Of a DNA stretch of 64,000 nt, positions 44,346-52,698 are shown piece by piece (the stretch's first letter is position 1; each line of letters opens with the position of its first letter). The stretch lies in the NCBI GenBank assembly GCA_043825095.1, contig JBDRSE010000199.1, positions 11,842-75,841 on the forward strand, given 5' to 3'. This DNA is from a bacterium (GTDB taxonomy: Bacteria; Myxococcota_A; Polyangia; HGW-17; JAJRWW01). Made by a program: the position numbers and the translations under genes. Below the pieces are notes generated by a model. It was not told where the DNA came from. It made no database searches and saw nothing but the letters and a program-made list of their open reading frames with translations.

Positions 44346-44391
44346 GTGCTCGTGCTCGAAGTCCGTGGCACTCGCGCATGAGCACGAGCAC
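44346..44391. terminator. 12-bp-stem hairpin (GTGCTCGTGCTC ... GAGCACGAGCAC) between convergent genes, followed by a GGCCTTCGGCC hairpin
   Basis: The arms at 44346-44357 and 44380-44391 are perfect complements. A second small hairpin lies at 44393-44403. Confidence 0.45.
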
Positions 44392-44440
44392 CGGCCTTCG
44401 GCCTGAGCACGAAAAACTGTAGCGACCTTGGGATCAGTTT

Positions 44441-44911
44441 CTACCGTTTTGATCTCAGCGACAGCGTGCAGCTGAAGCGTGCCACGGCGGCGTCGCCCTT
44501 CGTCGACGGCACCGTGGCGGTGACCAGAATGGGACCCTCCACGCGCTCGTTCGACTGCTCGGCGCGACGGATCAGCTCCAGCACGGCCGGGACATCCTCG
44601 CACACGAAGTGCACGTCCCCGTCGGCCCGGTCGAGGAACTCGGCCGAGAACGCGCGCTGCACCGCGGAGATCCGCAGGCGCCGATCCTGGATCTGCTGGA
44701 TGGCGATCACGCCCACGGTGCACTCGGCGCCCACGCACAGCGCGCCCAGATACATCCCGTTCACGTGATTTCGGGAACGCCGGCTGAGCGGCACGCGCAG
44801 CACGCACCGGCGGTCGTTCAGCTCCACGATCACGGGCCGCAGATAGGCGATGAGAGGCACCTTGAGCCAGGTGAACAGCCGGAGGCGCAGGTTGTTGATG
44901 AGCCGGTTCAT
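44441..44911 (-). CDS. Hotdog-fold thioesterase-like protein (DUF4442/YiiD C-terminal type)
   Basis: Start reset to ATG 44911 (MNRLINNLRLRLFTWLKVPLIAYLRPVIVELNDRRCVLRVPL..RNHVNGMYLGALCVGAECTVG). This pattern is typical of DUF4442 hotdog proteins. Confidence 0.55.
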   Translation of the reverse strand: MNRLINNLRLRLFTWLKVPLIAYLRPVIVELNDRRCVLRVPLSRRSRNHVNGMYLGALCVGAECTVGVIAIQQIQDRRLRISAVQRAFSAEFLDRADGDVHFVCEDVPAVLELIRRAEQSNERVEGPILVTATVPSTKGDAAVARFSCTLSLRSKR

Positions 44912-45032
44912 GGGTCCGTCCGATGTGGGTGGCACAATAGCACGCTCGGCCCTTGCCAAACCACCGGATGTGGTACTCTCGGATCAGTGCGGCCGGACCG
45001 ACGGGCGCCGTACCACGGAGCTGAGATCGAGC

Positions 45033-46427
45033 ATGGAACGAGGACTCTCAAGCGCGGTCATTTCGGCGCTGATCTGTCTGGCCGGCGGTGGGTGCATGGC
45101 CCCCCCCTCGTCGCTGGAGGAGCGCCGCCTGTACCGCGTCGAGCAGGGCGTGATCGTGGACCGGGACGGACACGTGCTGCTGCTCCGCAGCGTGAACTTC
45201 TCCGGACAGGCGAAGAACACCGAGGACCACCTGTTCGACTTCCAGGCGTCCGATATCGAGCTTCTGCTGGAAAGCGGCATCAACTCGGTGCGGATGCTCA
45301 CCTTCTGGAAAGCCGTCACGCCGGACGCGCCGGACGTCGTGGACGAGGGCTATCTCGCCGCCTTCGCAGGCCAGGTGGACGAGCTGACCGCGGCGGGCCT
45401 GTACGTCGTGATCGACATGCATCAGGATCTCTGGGGCGTGCCCTTTGCGCCCCACGGGGCGCCGGAGCGGGCCTGTCCGCCGGAGGTGACCGCGGGCTAC
45501 GAGCCCACGGGCGCCTGGTGGACAAACTACACCACCCCGCAGGTGACGGGCTGCTTCGACCTCTTCTGGGAGGATCTCGAGCTGCAGGGCGACTTCGCGC
45601 AGGCGTGGACCGAGGTGGCCGCGGCGGTGTGCCACAACGAGCAGGTGGTCGGCTTCGACCTGATGAACGAGCCCTACCCGGGCTCGGCGCTCTTCGACGA
45701 GGAGTGGGACAACACCGTGCTGATGCCGTTCTACGAACGTCTGATGGGTGCCATCGACGCGGTGTGCCCGGGGCGGCTGTACTTCGTCGAGCACGGCGCG
45801 GGGTTCGTGATCGGCTGGGGCAACCCGCTCGTGGTGCCCGACGAGCTGCGTGACCGCGTGGTGTTCGCGGGGCACTTCTATCCCCAGGAGATCCACGAGC
45901 CCAGTGGAGGAGGGTACAGCGGGGACGCCGAGGATCTCGAGGATCGCCTCTGGCGCTACATCGGAACGCACGTGGAGAACGGCACGGCGATCTGGATCGG
46001 GGAGTACGGCGGGATGACCGACAGCGCGAATTTCGACGTCTACCTGCAGGATCTGCACGGGCTCTGGGCCTCGTACAATATTTCATCGGCGCTGTGGGAC
46101 TACTCCCGAGGCGACGGCGGGTTCGCGTTTCTCGACGCGCAGGGGAATCGCAAGGCGGTCTTCGATGGGGTGTATCTCACCCCGGCGCCCACCCTCCTGC
46201 CGTCCGAGCCGGTGCAGTCGCCGGACTGGGCCAATCGTTCGATCACCCTCTCCTTCGACTGCGTGGTGGGGCGCGCGGCCACGCTGCTGTTTCCCTCGGC
46301 CGGCTGCTCCTGCGAGGCGCTGCCGGCCGACACCCTGGAGCCCGTTCCGACCGCGGCCGGCTTTTCCAGCGCCTCCTGTCTCCGGGACGCAGCCGTGGAG
46401 CTCCGCTGCGCATGTCCGCTCGACTGA
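45033..46427 (+). CDS. Glycoside hydrolase family 5, endoglycoceramidase-like, probable lipoprotein (copy 1)
   Basis: Signal: MERGLSSAVISALICLAGGGC. LLRSVNFSG, VVIDMHQDLW, acid/base FDLMNEP and nucleophile IWIGEYGG are present. The C-terminal beta-domain of about 90 aa has 4 Cys. Confidence 0.8.
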   Translation: MERGLSSAVISALICLAGGGCMAPPSSLEERRLYRVEQGVIVDRDGHVLLLRSVNFSGQAKNTEDHLFDFQASDIELLLESGINSVRMLTFWKAVTPDAPDVVDEGYLAAFAGQVDELTAAGLYVVIDMHQDLWGVPFAPHGAPERACPPEVTAGYEPTGAWWTNYTTPQVTGCFDLFWEDLELQGDFAQAWTEVAAAVCHNEQVVGFDLMNEPYPGSALFDEEWDNTVLMPFYERLMGAIDAVCPGRLYFVEHGAGFVIGWGNPLVVPDELRDRVVFAGHFYPQEIHEPSGGGYSGDAEDLEDRLWRYIGTHVENGTAIWIGEYGGMTDSANFDVYLQDLHGLWASYNISSALWDYSRGDGGFAFLDAQGNRKAVFDGVYLTPAPTLLPSEPVQSPDWANRSITLSFDCVVGRAATLLFPSAGCSCEALPADTLEPVPTAAGFSSASCLRDAAVELRCACPLD

Positions 46428-46437
46428 AGGGGGGGCC

Positions 46438-47232
46438 ATGAAGATCACGATGATCAGCCACTGCTGTTTGCTGATCGAGCTCGGGGGGAAGCAGATCCTC
46501 ACCGACCCCTGGATGACCGAGCCGCTGTACGGGGGCCGGTTGTTTCACCGTTTCGGTCTTGGGCTGCAGATCGAGGAGCTCCCGCCCCTGGATCTCATCG
46601 TCGCCAGCCACGGTCATGACGATCATCTGGATCCCGGCACCCTCCGGCGTCTCGATCCCGCCACGCCGGTGCTGGTGCTCGCCAAGGTCGCTCGCAAGGT
46701 CCGCAAGCTGGGATTCAGCGATGTGTTCCCCATGGCGGCCGGGGAGCAGTACCGGCAGGGCGGCCTGTGGGTTCAGGCGTGTCCCGGAAAGCACCCGGGG
46801 GGGCTGGTGACCTATGTGCTGCGCGGCGACGGCGAGACGGTGTTCTTTGCCGGCGATTCGGCCTACCACGATGGACTGCTGGAGGTGGGCCGTCAGTTCA
46901 CGATCGACGTGAGCCTGCTCCCGGTGTCCGGCGGGCGGACGTTTTTCGGGAAGTACCACTTCCACATGAACGCCGGGGAGAGTGCCCGCGTTGCCGGTAC
47001 GATCCAGACCCGCGTGGCCATTCCGACGCACTACCATTTCGACCTGCGGCGCGGGCCGGGGTTCCTCAAGCGCAGCATGAACATGTCGGGGAAGGTCGGT
47101 GAGTTCGTCCAGCGGGCGGCCGAGATCTGTCCGGCCGTGGAGGTCGTCACGCTGGGTGTGGGCCAGAGCTGGAGCTCCGCAACTACCCCGGAGCCAGGAA
47201 TTGAAGGAGAGAGCAGTGAAGATACCGCCTGA
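46438..47232 (+). CDS. MBL-fold metallo-hydrolase (UPF0173-like)
   Basis: MKITMISHCCLLIELGGKQILTDPW..., IVASHGHDDHLD (HxHxDH-type metal motif), FAGDSAY and IPTHYH. Confidence 0.8.
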   Translation: MKITMISHCCLLIELGGKQILTDPWMTEPLYGGRLFHRFGLGLQIEELPPLDLIVASHGHDDHLDPGTLRRLDPATPVLVLAKVARKVRKLGFSDVFPMAAGEQYRQGGLWVQACPGKHPGGLVTYVLRGDGETVFFAGDSAYHDGLLEVGRQFTIDVSLLPVSGGRTFFGKYHFHMNAGESARVAGTIQTRVAIPTHYHFDLRRGPGFLKRSMNMSGKVGEFVQRAAEICPAVEVVTLGVGQSWSSATTPEPGIEGESSEDTA

Positions 47233-47665
47233 CAGTTGGCGAAGCAGCTTTGGCGGCCGCTTGGGAATGACCATTGAGGCGATGACTCCCGGACACGCCG
47301 AGGCGGTGCTGGAGATCGGCGCCGAGCACTGCAACCCCAACGGGGTCTGCCACGGGGGGGCGATCTTCACCCTCGCCGACGACAGCATGGGCGGCGCGAT
47401 ACACCCCCTGTGCCCGCCGGATCACGTGCCCGCCGCCACGCAGGTCAACGTGCATTACGCCCGAAGCGTTCGCGCCGGGGACACCATCCGCGTCAGCACC
47501 GATGTGCTGTCGCAGGGTCGACGCACCGCGGTGGTGGAGTCTCGGGTCACCGATGGGTCCGGCCGGCTGGTGGCGCTCCTCTCCGCCAGCTACCTCATCG
47601 TCGGAGCCCGGTACGCCGCGGAACGGTCCGACGGCGAGCCCGACGGCGAGTCTGTCGAGGCGTAG
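47216..47665 (+). CDS. PaaI-family hotdog thioesterase
   Basis: GTG 47216 follows GAAGGAGAGAG and overlaps the MBL gene by 17 nt. Sequence: LGMTIEAMTPGHAEAVLEIGAEHCNPNGVCHGGAIFTLADDSMGGA... with the HGG motif. Confidence 0.8.
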   Translation: MKIPPDSWRSSFGGRLGMTIEAMTPGHAEAVLEIGAEHCNPNGVCHGGAIFTLADDSMGGAIHPLCPPDHVPAATQVNVHYARSVRAGDTIRVSTDVLSQGRRTAVVESRVTDGSGRLVALLSASYLIVGARYAAERSDGEPDGESVEA

Positions 47666-47683
47666 AGCCGGTGCCGATTCCAG

Positions 47684-48895
47684 TCACCTGTGGCGGTGGT
47701 CCTTCAGCTCCAGCCAGAAGGTCCTACGGGATTGTGTGGACACTCGCTCCGCGATGTCGATCCAGCGCGCGTTGGTAGGCGCCACCACCGGCGTCGTCCG
47801 GGGGTGGAGCTGCCCGGTCCAGATCCCCACGTAGTCGTAGGGCCCCAGCACGGCCTGCCACAGCGTGAGCAGCACCTTTTCGTCGCGGACGCACCGGCAG
47901 GCCTGGAGCGCCTCCGGCAGCCGCTCCACCAGCACACGACACTGCTCGGGAGGGGCGGTCTTGGCGAGCTCTGCGCGGAGTCGGGACAGGGCGGCGCATC
48001 CGGCGTCGCTCCAGCGACGCTCCTCCTCGTCCAACGCGCGACGCCGCGCGGTGTGGGCGATCCGCGCGTCCCCCTCCGGTCCGAGGATTCCCAGAGCGCG
48101 GTGGAGCTGTGGGTCCGGGGGGGAGGGGGGCTCGGGCGCGGAGCGAGGTCGGAAGAGCAGGTTGACCCCGTCGAAGCCGGCGAGGACGATGAGCGGGAGG
48201 AGCTCCACCACGCGTCGGACCGGCACGTCCGGGCCAATTGCCAGGTGGACGATCCGCGGCCCCCGGCCCGTCTGCCGAAGCTTGGCGGTGACAAGGGTGA
48301 GCACGGTGAGCCCGGAGGGGACCGGGTCCTCTGGAGCTCTTCGAGGTCCCCGACGGGGTTGCGGAGATCCACCCGCGGCGTCGGTCCCGGCGCGGTCGCT
48401 CAGGTCCTGCAGGGCCTGCGCCGCCGCGGCAGCGGTCTTGGCGTCGGCGTTCAGTGTTTTTCTGAGCTTCGAAACCAACCGGGACAGCACCTGCCTCGGG
48501 CTCCGATGAAGAACCGGCGGGATCCAGCCCGGCGGTTTGGGCCAGTCCGGCGCGGGCAGTCCGTTGATCAGAAGTCTGCGCGGGGTGAGGGTGACGAGAA
48601 CCCCCGGGGGGAGCGACTGCACCGGTTCGACGGAGCCCTCCGCCAAGGGGAGCCCCCACCAGTGGCTGGCGTTGGTGCGCGCAGTCTTTTCGCGCGCCTG
48701 GCAGAGCTCGCGCAGCCACGCCCGGGTGTCCTGCACCAGCTTCGCGCCGCAGGCGGGCCGTTTGCGACGCGGCGCCTTCTCTCGCCTGCAGGAGGCTGCG
48801 CTCAGGCACAGGAGCAGGAGCGTCCCGACGGCCACGAACACGGGGACGCGGGGCCGGGGACAACGGTGGTTGTCGAAGAAGGCGTTTCGGATCAT
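47684..48895 (-). CDS. Hypothetical secreted protein or lipoprotein, no recognised family
   Basis: 403-aa ORF with coding-type GC3. Signal: VPVFVAVGTLLLLCLSAASC. It is Arg/Pro-rich and I see no catalytic motifs. Confidence 0.55.
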   Translation of the reverse strand: MIRNAFFDNHRCPRPRVPVFVAVGTLLLLCLSAASCRREKAPRRKRPACGAKLVQDTRAWLRELCQAREKTARTNASHWWGLPLAEGSVEPVQSLPPGVLVTLTPRRLLINGLPAPDWPKPPGWIPPVLHRSPRQVLSRLVSKLRKTLNADAKTAAAAAQALQDLSDRAGTDAAGGSPQPRRGPRRAPEDPVPSGLTVLTLVTAKLRQTGRGPRIVHLAIGPDVPVRRVVELLPLIVLAGFDGVNLLFRPRSAPEPPSPPDPQLHRALGILGPEGDARIAHTARRRALDEEERRWSDAGCAALSRLRAELAKTAPPEQCRVLVERLPEALQACRCVRDEKVLLTLWQAVLGPYDYVGIWTGQLHPRTTPVVAPTNARWIDIAERVSTQSRRTFWLELKDHRHR

Positions 48896-48974
48896 GGACG
48901 GAAGTCTATCAAATGGGGGGGAGACGGTTTACACTTTCTTCTGCGTCTTGTCGGCGCGCTTGGGAGGTCGGACG

Positions 48975-50474
48975 ATGAGAGGCTGTTGGAACATCCGAGA
49001 CGCAGGCGGGGTGACGCGAGCGGTGGGGACCTCGCTCTGCGTGGCTCTGGCCGTAGGATCGGCAGGTTGTGACGAGGAGTCCCCGTGTACGCTTCCTGCA
49101 GACGTAGCGCCGGCCACCTTGCGGCTCACCCTGGACGGCGCGAAGCTGCGTGACGCGAACGGACGGGAGGTGCTGCTCCGAGGCGTGAACGCCGGGGGGC
49201 GCTCCAAGCTCTTTCCGTTCTTCCCGTTTCCGTTCGTCGAGTCGGGCCACCCGGATCAGGCCGGGGCCCCACCCTTTGAGGCCGCTGCCGCAGAGTACTT
49301 CGATCGCATCCGGGCCTGGGGGCACAACGTGGTGCGTCTGCCCTTCACCTGGGAGGCCGTGGAGCCGGAGCGCGGCACCTACGACACCCAGTTCCTGGAT
49401 CGCTACGAACGGATGTGCGAGCTGTGCGGGGAGCGTGGGCTGCGCGTGATCGTCGACCTGCATCAGGACGTGTTCGCCCGGCCCTACTGCGGGGATGGCT
49501 TTCCCCTTTGGGCCTGCCCGGCGCCCGTGCCGGAGCCGCCCGAGGACTGCTCGGATTGGTTCATGAGCTACCTCAGTGGGGAGACGGACTCGGCCACGGC
49601 CTTCGACCGTTTCTGGAGCAACGCCGATGGGCTGCGGGACGACCTCCAGGCGATGTGGGCCGAGGTTGCGGGGCGGATGTGGGACGTGGACGCTGTCATC
49701 GGATTCGAGATCCTCAACGAGCCGCACCGGGGCAACGCCGACGAGTCCACCTGGGCAGAAACCGTGCTTCCGGCGTTCTACGAGGAGCTGGGTGGCGTCA
49801 TCCGCGCTGCCGCTCCGGGGGCGCTGGTGTTCTTCGACTCCACCGGAGTGGACGCGGTCAACGCCTCCACCCGGGTCGAGCGCCCGACGGGCGAGCACTT
49901 TGTCTTCGCGCCCCACTACTACTCCATCAGCGCCTTCGTGGAAGGGTTCGACCACGATCCCGACGCCGTGTTCGGCGGGCTTGGACGGTGGGCCGGCTAT
50001 CGGGCGAGCTGGAACCTGCCGGTGCTGATCGGGGAGTTTGGCATCAAGCCTACCGCCGACGAATCGAACGTGTATTACCGCGCGCACTGGGATGCGCTGG
50101 ACGCCCACCTGCTGCACGCCACCCTCTGGGAGTATTCGAGCACCACAGACGACTGGAACGACGAGGCGATGTCCATCTTTAGCCCTGACGGCGTGGAGAC
50201 GGTAGGGGTGACCGAGGCCGTTCGCGCCTATCCCCGCGCCGTGGCGGGGGAGCTCGTCTCCTTTTCCTACGACGCCGAGACCCGGGCCGGGGAGCTGGTC
50301 TTCGAGGCCCGCGCCGACGGTATCACCGAGCTCGCCGCGCCGGAGCGCTTGTACCCGGACGGTGTCGCCGCGGAGGTGACGGGCGTAGACGGTTGCGCCA
50401 CGGTGGAAGGGGGAGTCTTGTACGTGATCACCGCCACGGCGGGTTCGGCGACGGTGTTCTTCGAGCCCTCGTAA
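48975..50474 (+). CDS. Glycoside hydrolase family 5, endoglycoceramidase-like, probable lipoprotein (copy 2, paralogue of 45033-46427)
   Basis: ATG 48975 follows GGGAGG. Signal: SLCVALAVGSAGC. LLRGVNAGG, RLPFTWEAVEP, VIVDLHQDVF, FEILNEPH and LIGEFG are collinear with copy 1. Confidence 0.8.
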   Translation: MRGCWNIRDAGGVTRAVGTSLCVALAVGSAGCDEESPCTLPADVAPATLRLTLDGAKLRDANGREVLLRGVNAGGRSKLFPFFPFPFVESGHPDQAGAPPFEAAAAEYFDRIRAWGHNVVRLPFTWEAVEPERGTYDTQFLDRYERMCELCGERGLRVIVDLHQDVFARPYCGDGFPLWACPAPVPEPPEDCSDWFMSYLSGETDSATAFDRFWSNADGLRDDLQAMWAEVAGRMWDVDAVIGFEILNEPHRGNADESTWAETVLPAFYEELGGVIRAAAPGALVFFDSTGVDAVNASTRVERPTGEHFVFAPHYYSISAFVEGFDHDPDAVFGGLGRWAGYRASWNLPVLIGEFGIKPTADESNVYYRAHWDALDAHLLHATLWEYSSTTDDWNDEAMSIFSPDGVETVGVTEAVRAYPRAVAGELVSFSYDAETRAGELVFEARADGITELAAPERLYPDGVAAEVTGVDGCATVEGGVLYVITATAGSATVFFEPS

Positions 50475-50480
50475 TGATCG

Positions 50481-52319
50481 CTACTGACAGGCGGCTGACG
50501 AACCCACGCCGACGCATTGCAGGTTCCCGGTGCACGGGGGCGCGGCGCCGCACGCGCAGGAGCCGGCCACGCACTGATTCGCCCGATTGGCGTCACAGGG
50601 GCTCGCGCACCCACCACAGTGGTTCGGGTCGGTGTCCTGGTCCACGCAGACGTTCAGGGTTCCGCAGCAGTCGCCCGCGCTGCCGGTGCACTCGTCCACC
50701 CCGTCGTCCGTCGTCCCGTCCGTGCAGTTGTCGTCCACGCCGTTGCAGAGCTCGGGCGCGTCGGGGTGACGCATCATGTCGTAGGGCGCGCAGTCTTCGC
50801 ACCCGACCAGCCCGGGGGCCAGGGTGAGTCCGGCGCAGCCCGTGCAGGCGAGATAGCCGTCGCTGTCCGGATCCTGCTCGTCCGCGGGGAGGTCACCGTT
50901 GCAGTCGTCGTCGAGCCCGTTGCACTGCTCCGGCATGGGCCCCACGAACCCTGTCGAGCACACGAAGTGCTCGTTGAAGGCACCGGCGGTCACCTGACCG
51001 AGGTCGCAGCCCACGACCACGCCCGCGACGCAGCGGCCCACGTCGGTGCCGCAGGGTTGGCCCGTTTCGAGCAGGCTGGACCCGGTGGGGTCGTCCACCC
51101 GACCGTCGCAGTCGTGATCGAGCTCGTCGCACTGTTCGATCTGGGGGGCCGGGGCGAAGAAGCAGCGCGGTGAAGCCTGCGCGGAGAGATTCTCACCGAT
51201 GCAGGCGTGACGGTTGAACCCATCGCGTTCGGTGTTGGGGATCGAGTGGGAACAGATGCAGCGACCCGGGCCGTTGGGATCGCCGCACAACCCGTCGCTG
51301 TCGTCATTGCAGTACAGGTCGATCATCGGTTGGCCGTTGGGGCCGGGGTTGCCCTCGTCCACCAGGCCGTTGCAGTTGTCGTCGATGCCGTTGCAGAGCT
51401 CGACCGCTCCGGGGGAGACGAGGGGATTGGTATCGTCGCAGTCTACAGCGGCGTTGTAACCGTCTCCGTCGTTGTCGTCGGTGCAGGGAGTGTCCGTGTT
51501 GCAGTTCTGCAGGATCCCGTCGCCGCAACGATCCGGAGCGCCGGGGTACACGAGCGGATTGGAGTCGTCGCAGTCCTCCAGACCCGGGGGGGGAGTGCAG
51601 CCGGCGCTCGAGTTCATGAAGCCGTCTCCGTCGGCGTCGCACGCCGGGTCCGGACAGCCCTCGTCGATGCTGCCGTCACAGTCGTTGTCCAGCCCGTCAC
51701 ACAGGCGCAGCGCAGCGCAGGCGGGATCGCCTCCCTCCAGGCCGCCGCAGGAGTCGGTAATCCCTGGGAAGACGCCCGCGTTCGTGTCATCGCAGTCGGG
51801 CTCCTGCCCCGGGGGGTAGCTCGGCCCGGGGCAGCCGTTGGCGGGGTCGTCGCGCTCGAATCCGTCCCCATCCAGGTCACAGGGGGTGCAGCCTTCGTCG
51901 ATCTGGCCGTCGCAGTTGTCGTCCCGGCCGTTGCCGCACTGCTCCGTGCCACCGGGACGAACGGTCGGGTCGTTGTCATCGCAGTCCACGTCGGCCGGGG
52001 CGCCGTCGCAGTCCTGGTCGACGACGCACTCGACGTCTTGGCCGTCACAATCTTGATCGATTCCGTCACTGCACCGCGGATCGGAGAGTCCTTCCGGGTG
52101 CTCCGCGGTGGGGCAGGAGTTCGGGGCCTCCGGATTGCCGGGGAACCGGTCTGGATCGTTGTCGTCACAGTCCTGCGACGCGGGCGACCCGTCCCCGTCA
52201 GCGTCTTGCTGGCCGTTGAGATTCCCGTTGTTGAGGTTGTCGTTGCCGACGGCGTCGTCATCACCGCAGCCGTTCTGCAGGAGCATCATCACGAGCGGAA
52301 GCAAATAGGAATAACGCAT
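50481..52319 (-). CDS. Cys-rich secreted protein built from MopE-type putative metal-binding repeats (DCDD...PGA.E.CNG.DDDCDG..DE)
   Basis: Start reset to ATG 52319 (MRYSYLLPLVMMLLQNGCG). Repeats include DCDDNDPTVRPGGTEQCGNGRDDNCDGQIDEG, DCDDTNPLVSPGAVELCNGIDDNCNGLVDEG, DCDDSNPLVYPGAPDRCGDG and CDGLDNDCDGSIDEG. The C-terminal stretch is Cys-rich. Confidence 0.8.
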   Translation of the reverse strand: MRYSYLLPLVMMLLQNGCGDDDAVGNDNLNNGNLNGQQDADGDGSPASQDCDDNDPDRFPGNPEAPNSCPTAEHPEGLSDPRCSDGIDQDCDGQDVECVVDQDCDGAPADVDCDDNDPTVRPGGTEQCGNGRDDNCDGQIDEGCTPCDLDGDGFERDDPANGCPGPSYPPGQEPDCDDTNAGVFPGITDSCGGLEGGDPACAALRLCDGLDNDCDGSIDEGCPDPACDADGDGFMNSSAGCTPPPGLEDCDDSNPLVYPGAPDRCGDGILQNCNTDTPCTDDNDGDGYNAAVDCDDTNPLVSPGAVELCNGIDDNCNGLVDEGNPGPNGQPMIDLYCNDDSDGLCGDPNGPGRCICSHSIPNTERDGFNRHACIGENLSAQASPRCFFAPAPQIEQCDELDHDCDGRVDDPTGSSLLETGQPCGTDVGRCVAGVVVGCDLGQVTAGAFNEHFVCSTGFVGPMPEQCNGLDDDCNGDLPADEQDPDSDGYLACTGCAGLTLAPGLVGCEDCAPYDMMRHPDAPELCNGVDDNCTDGTTDDGVDECTGSAGDCCGTLNVCVDQDTDPNHCGGCASPCDANRANQCVAGSCACGAAPPCTGNLQCVGVGSSAACQ

Positions 52320-52390
52320 GTCCACCTCTGCACCGCCCGGGTCCCGAGTCTGTCTGAGGGGCGGGACGGCGGTCCTAATACGACTCTTCA

Positions 52391-52420
52391 ATTATCAGTC
52401 GGGGGCCCGCAACGGGTCAA
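52391..52420 (-). promoter_or_regulatory. Sigma-70-type promoter candidate (TTGACC-18 nt-GATAAT) for the MopE-like gene
   Basis: Reverse strand: TTGACC (52420-52415), 18-nt spacer, GATAAT (52396-52391). Repeat copy B begins 14 nt upstream of the -35 element. Confidence 0.4.
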
Positions 52421-52434
52421 GGAGGAAACTTCTC

Positions 52435-52512
52435 GGTATGTGTTCACGGGGGGGCTATTTGCAGCACCTCCCGAGCGCAGCGAGGTTCCCCCGGAGGGGG
52501 CGGAGGGGGAGA
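52435..52512 (-). repeat. Dispersed intergenic element, copy B
   Basis: Reverse strand: CTCTCCCCCTCCGCCCCCTCCGGGGGAACCTCGCTGCGCTCGGGAGGTGCTGCAAATAGCCCCCCCGTGAACACATACC. Confidence 0.85.
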
Positions 52513-52698
52513 GCTGAGCCGCGAAGCGGCGGATTGATCTCCGGCAGGTGCCAGCCTTCGCACCGCGCCGAAACCAGCCCGACAGCTCCGCCGCTCCGCG
52601 GCGGGGTACACCCCTGTCGTCCCCTCAAGAGGAAGCCCGCGCGGCGCAGGGGGCGCAGTGCCGTCTCCCACGTGAACGGTTACACTTCTCGAAGGGCT

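Noticed and set aside
44380-44424. 14-codon mini-ORF (MSTSTGLRPEHEKL) as a leader peptide of an attenuator
   Set aside because: It lies at the 3' ends of two convergent genes, with no downstream gene to regulate and no RBS. The hairpins are adequately explained as terminators.
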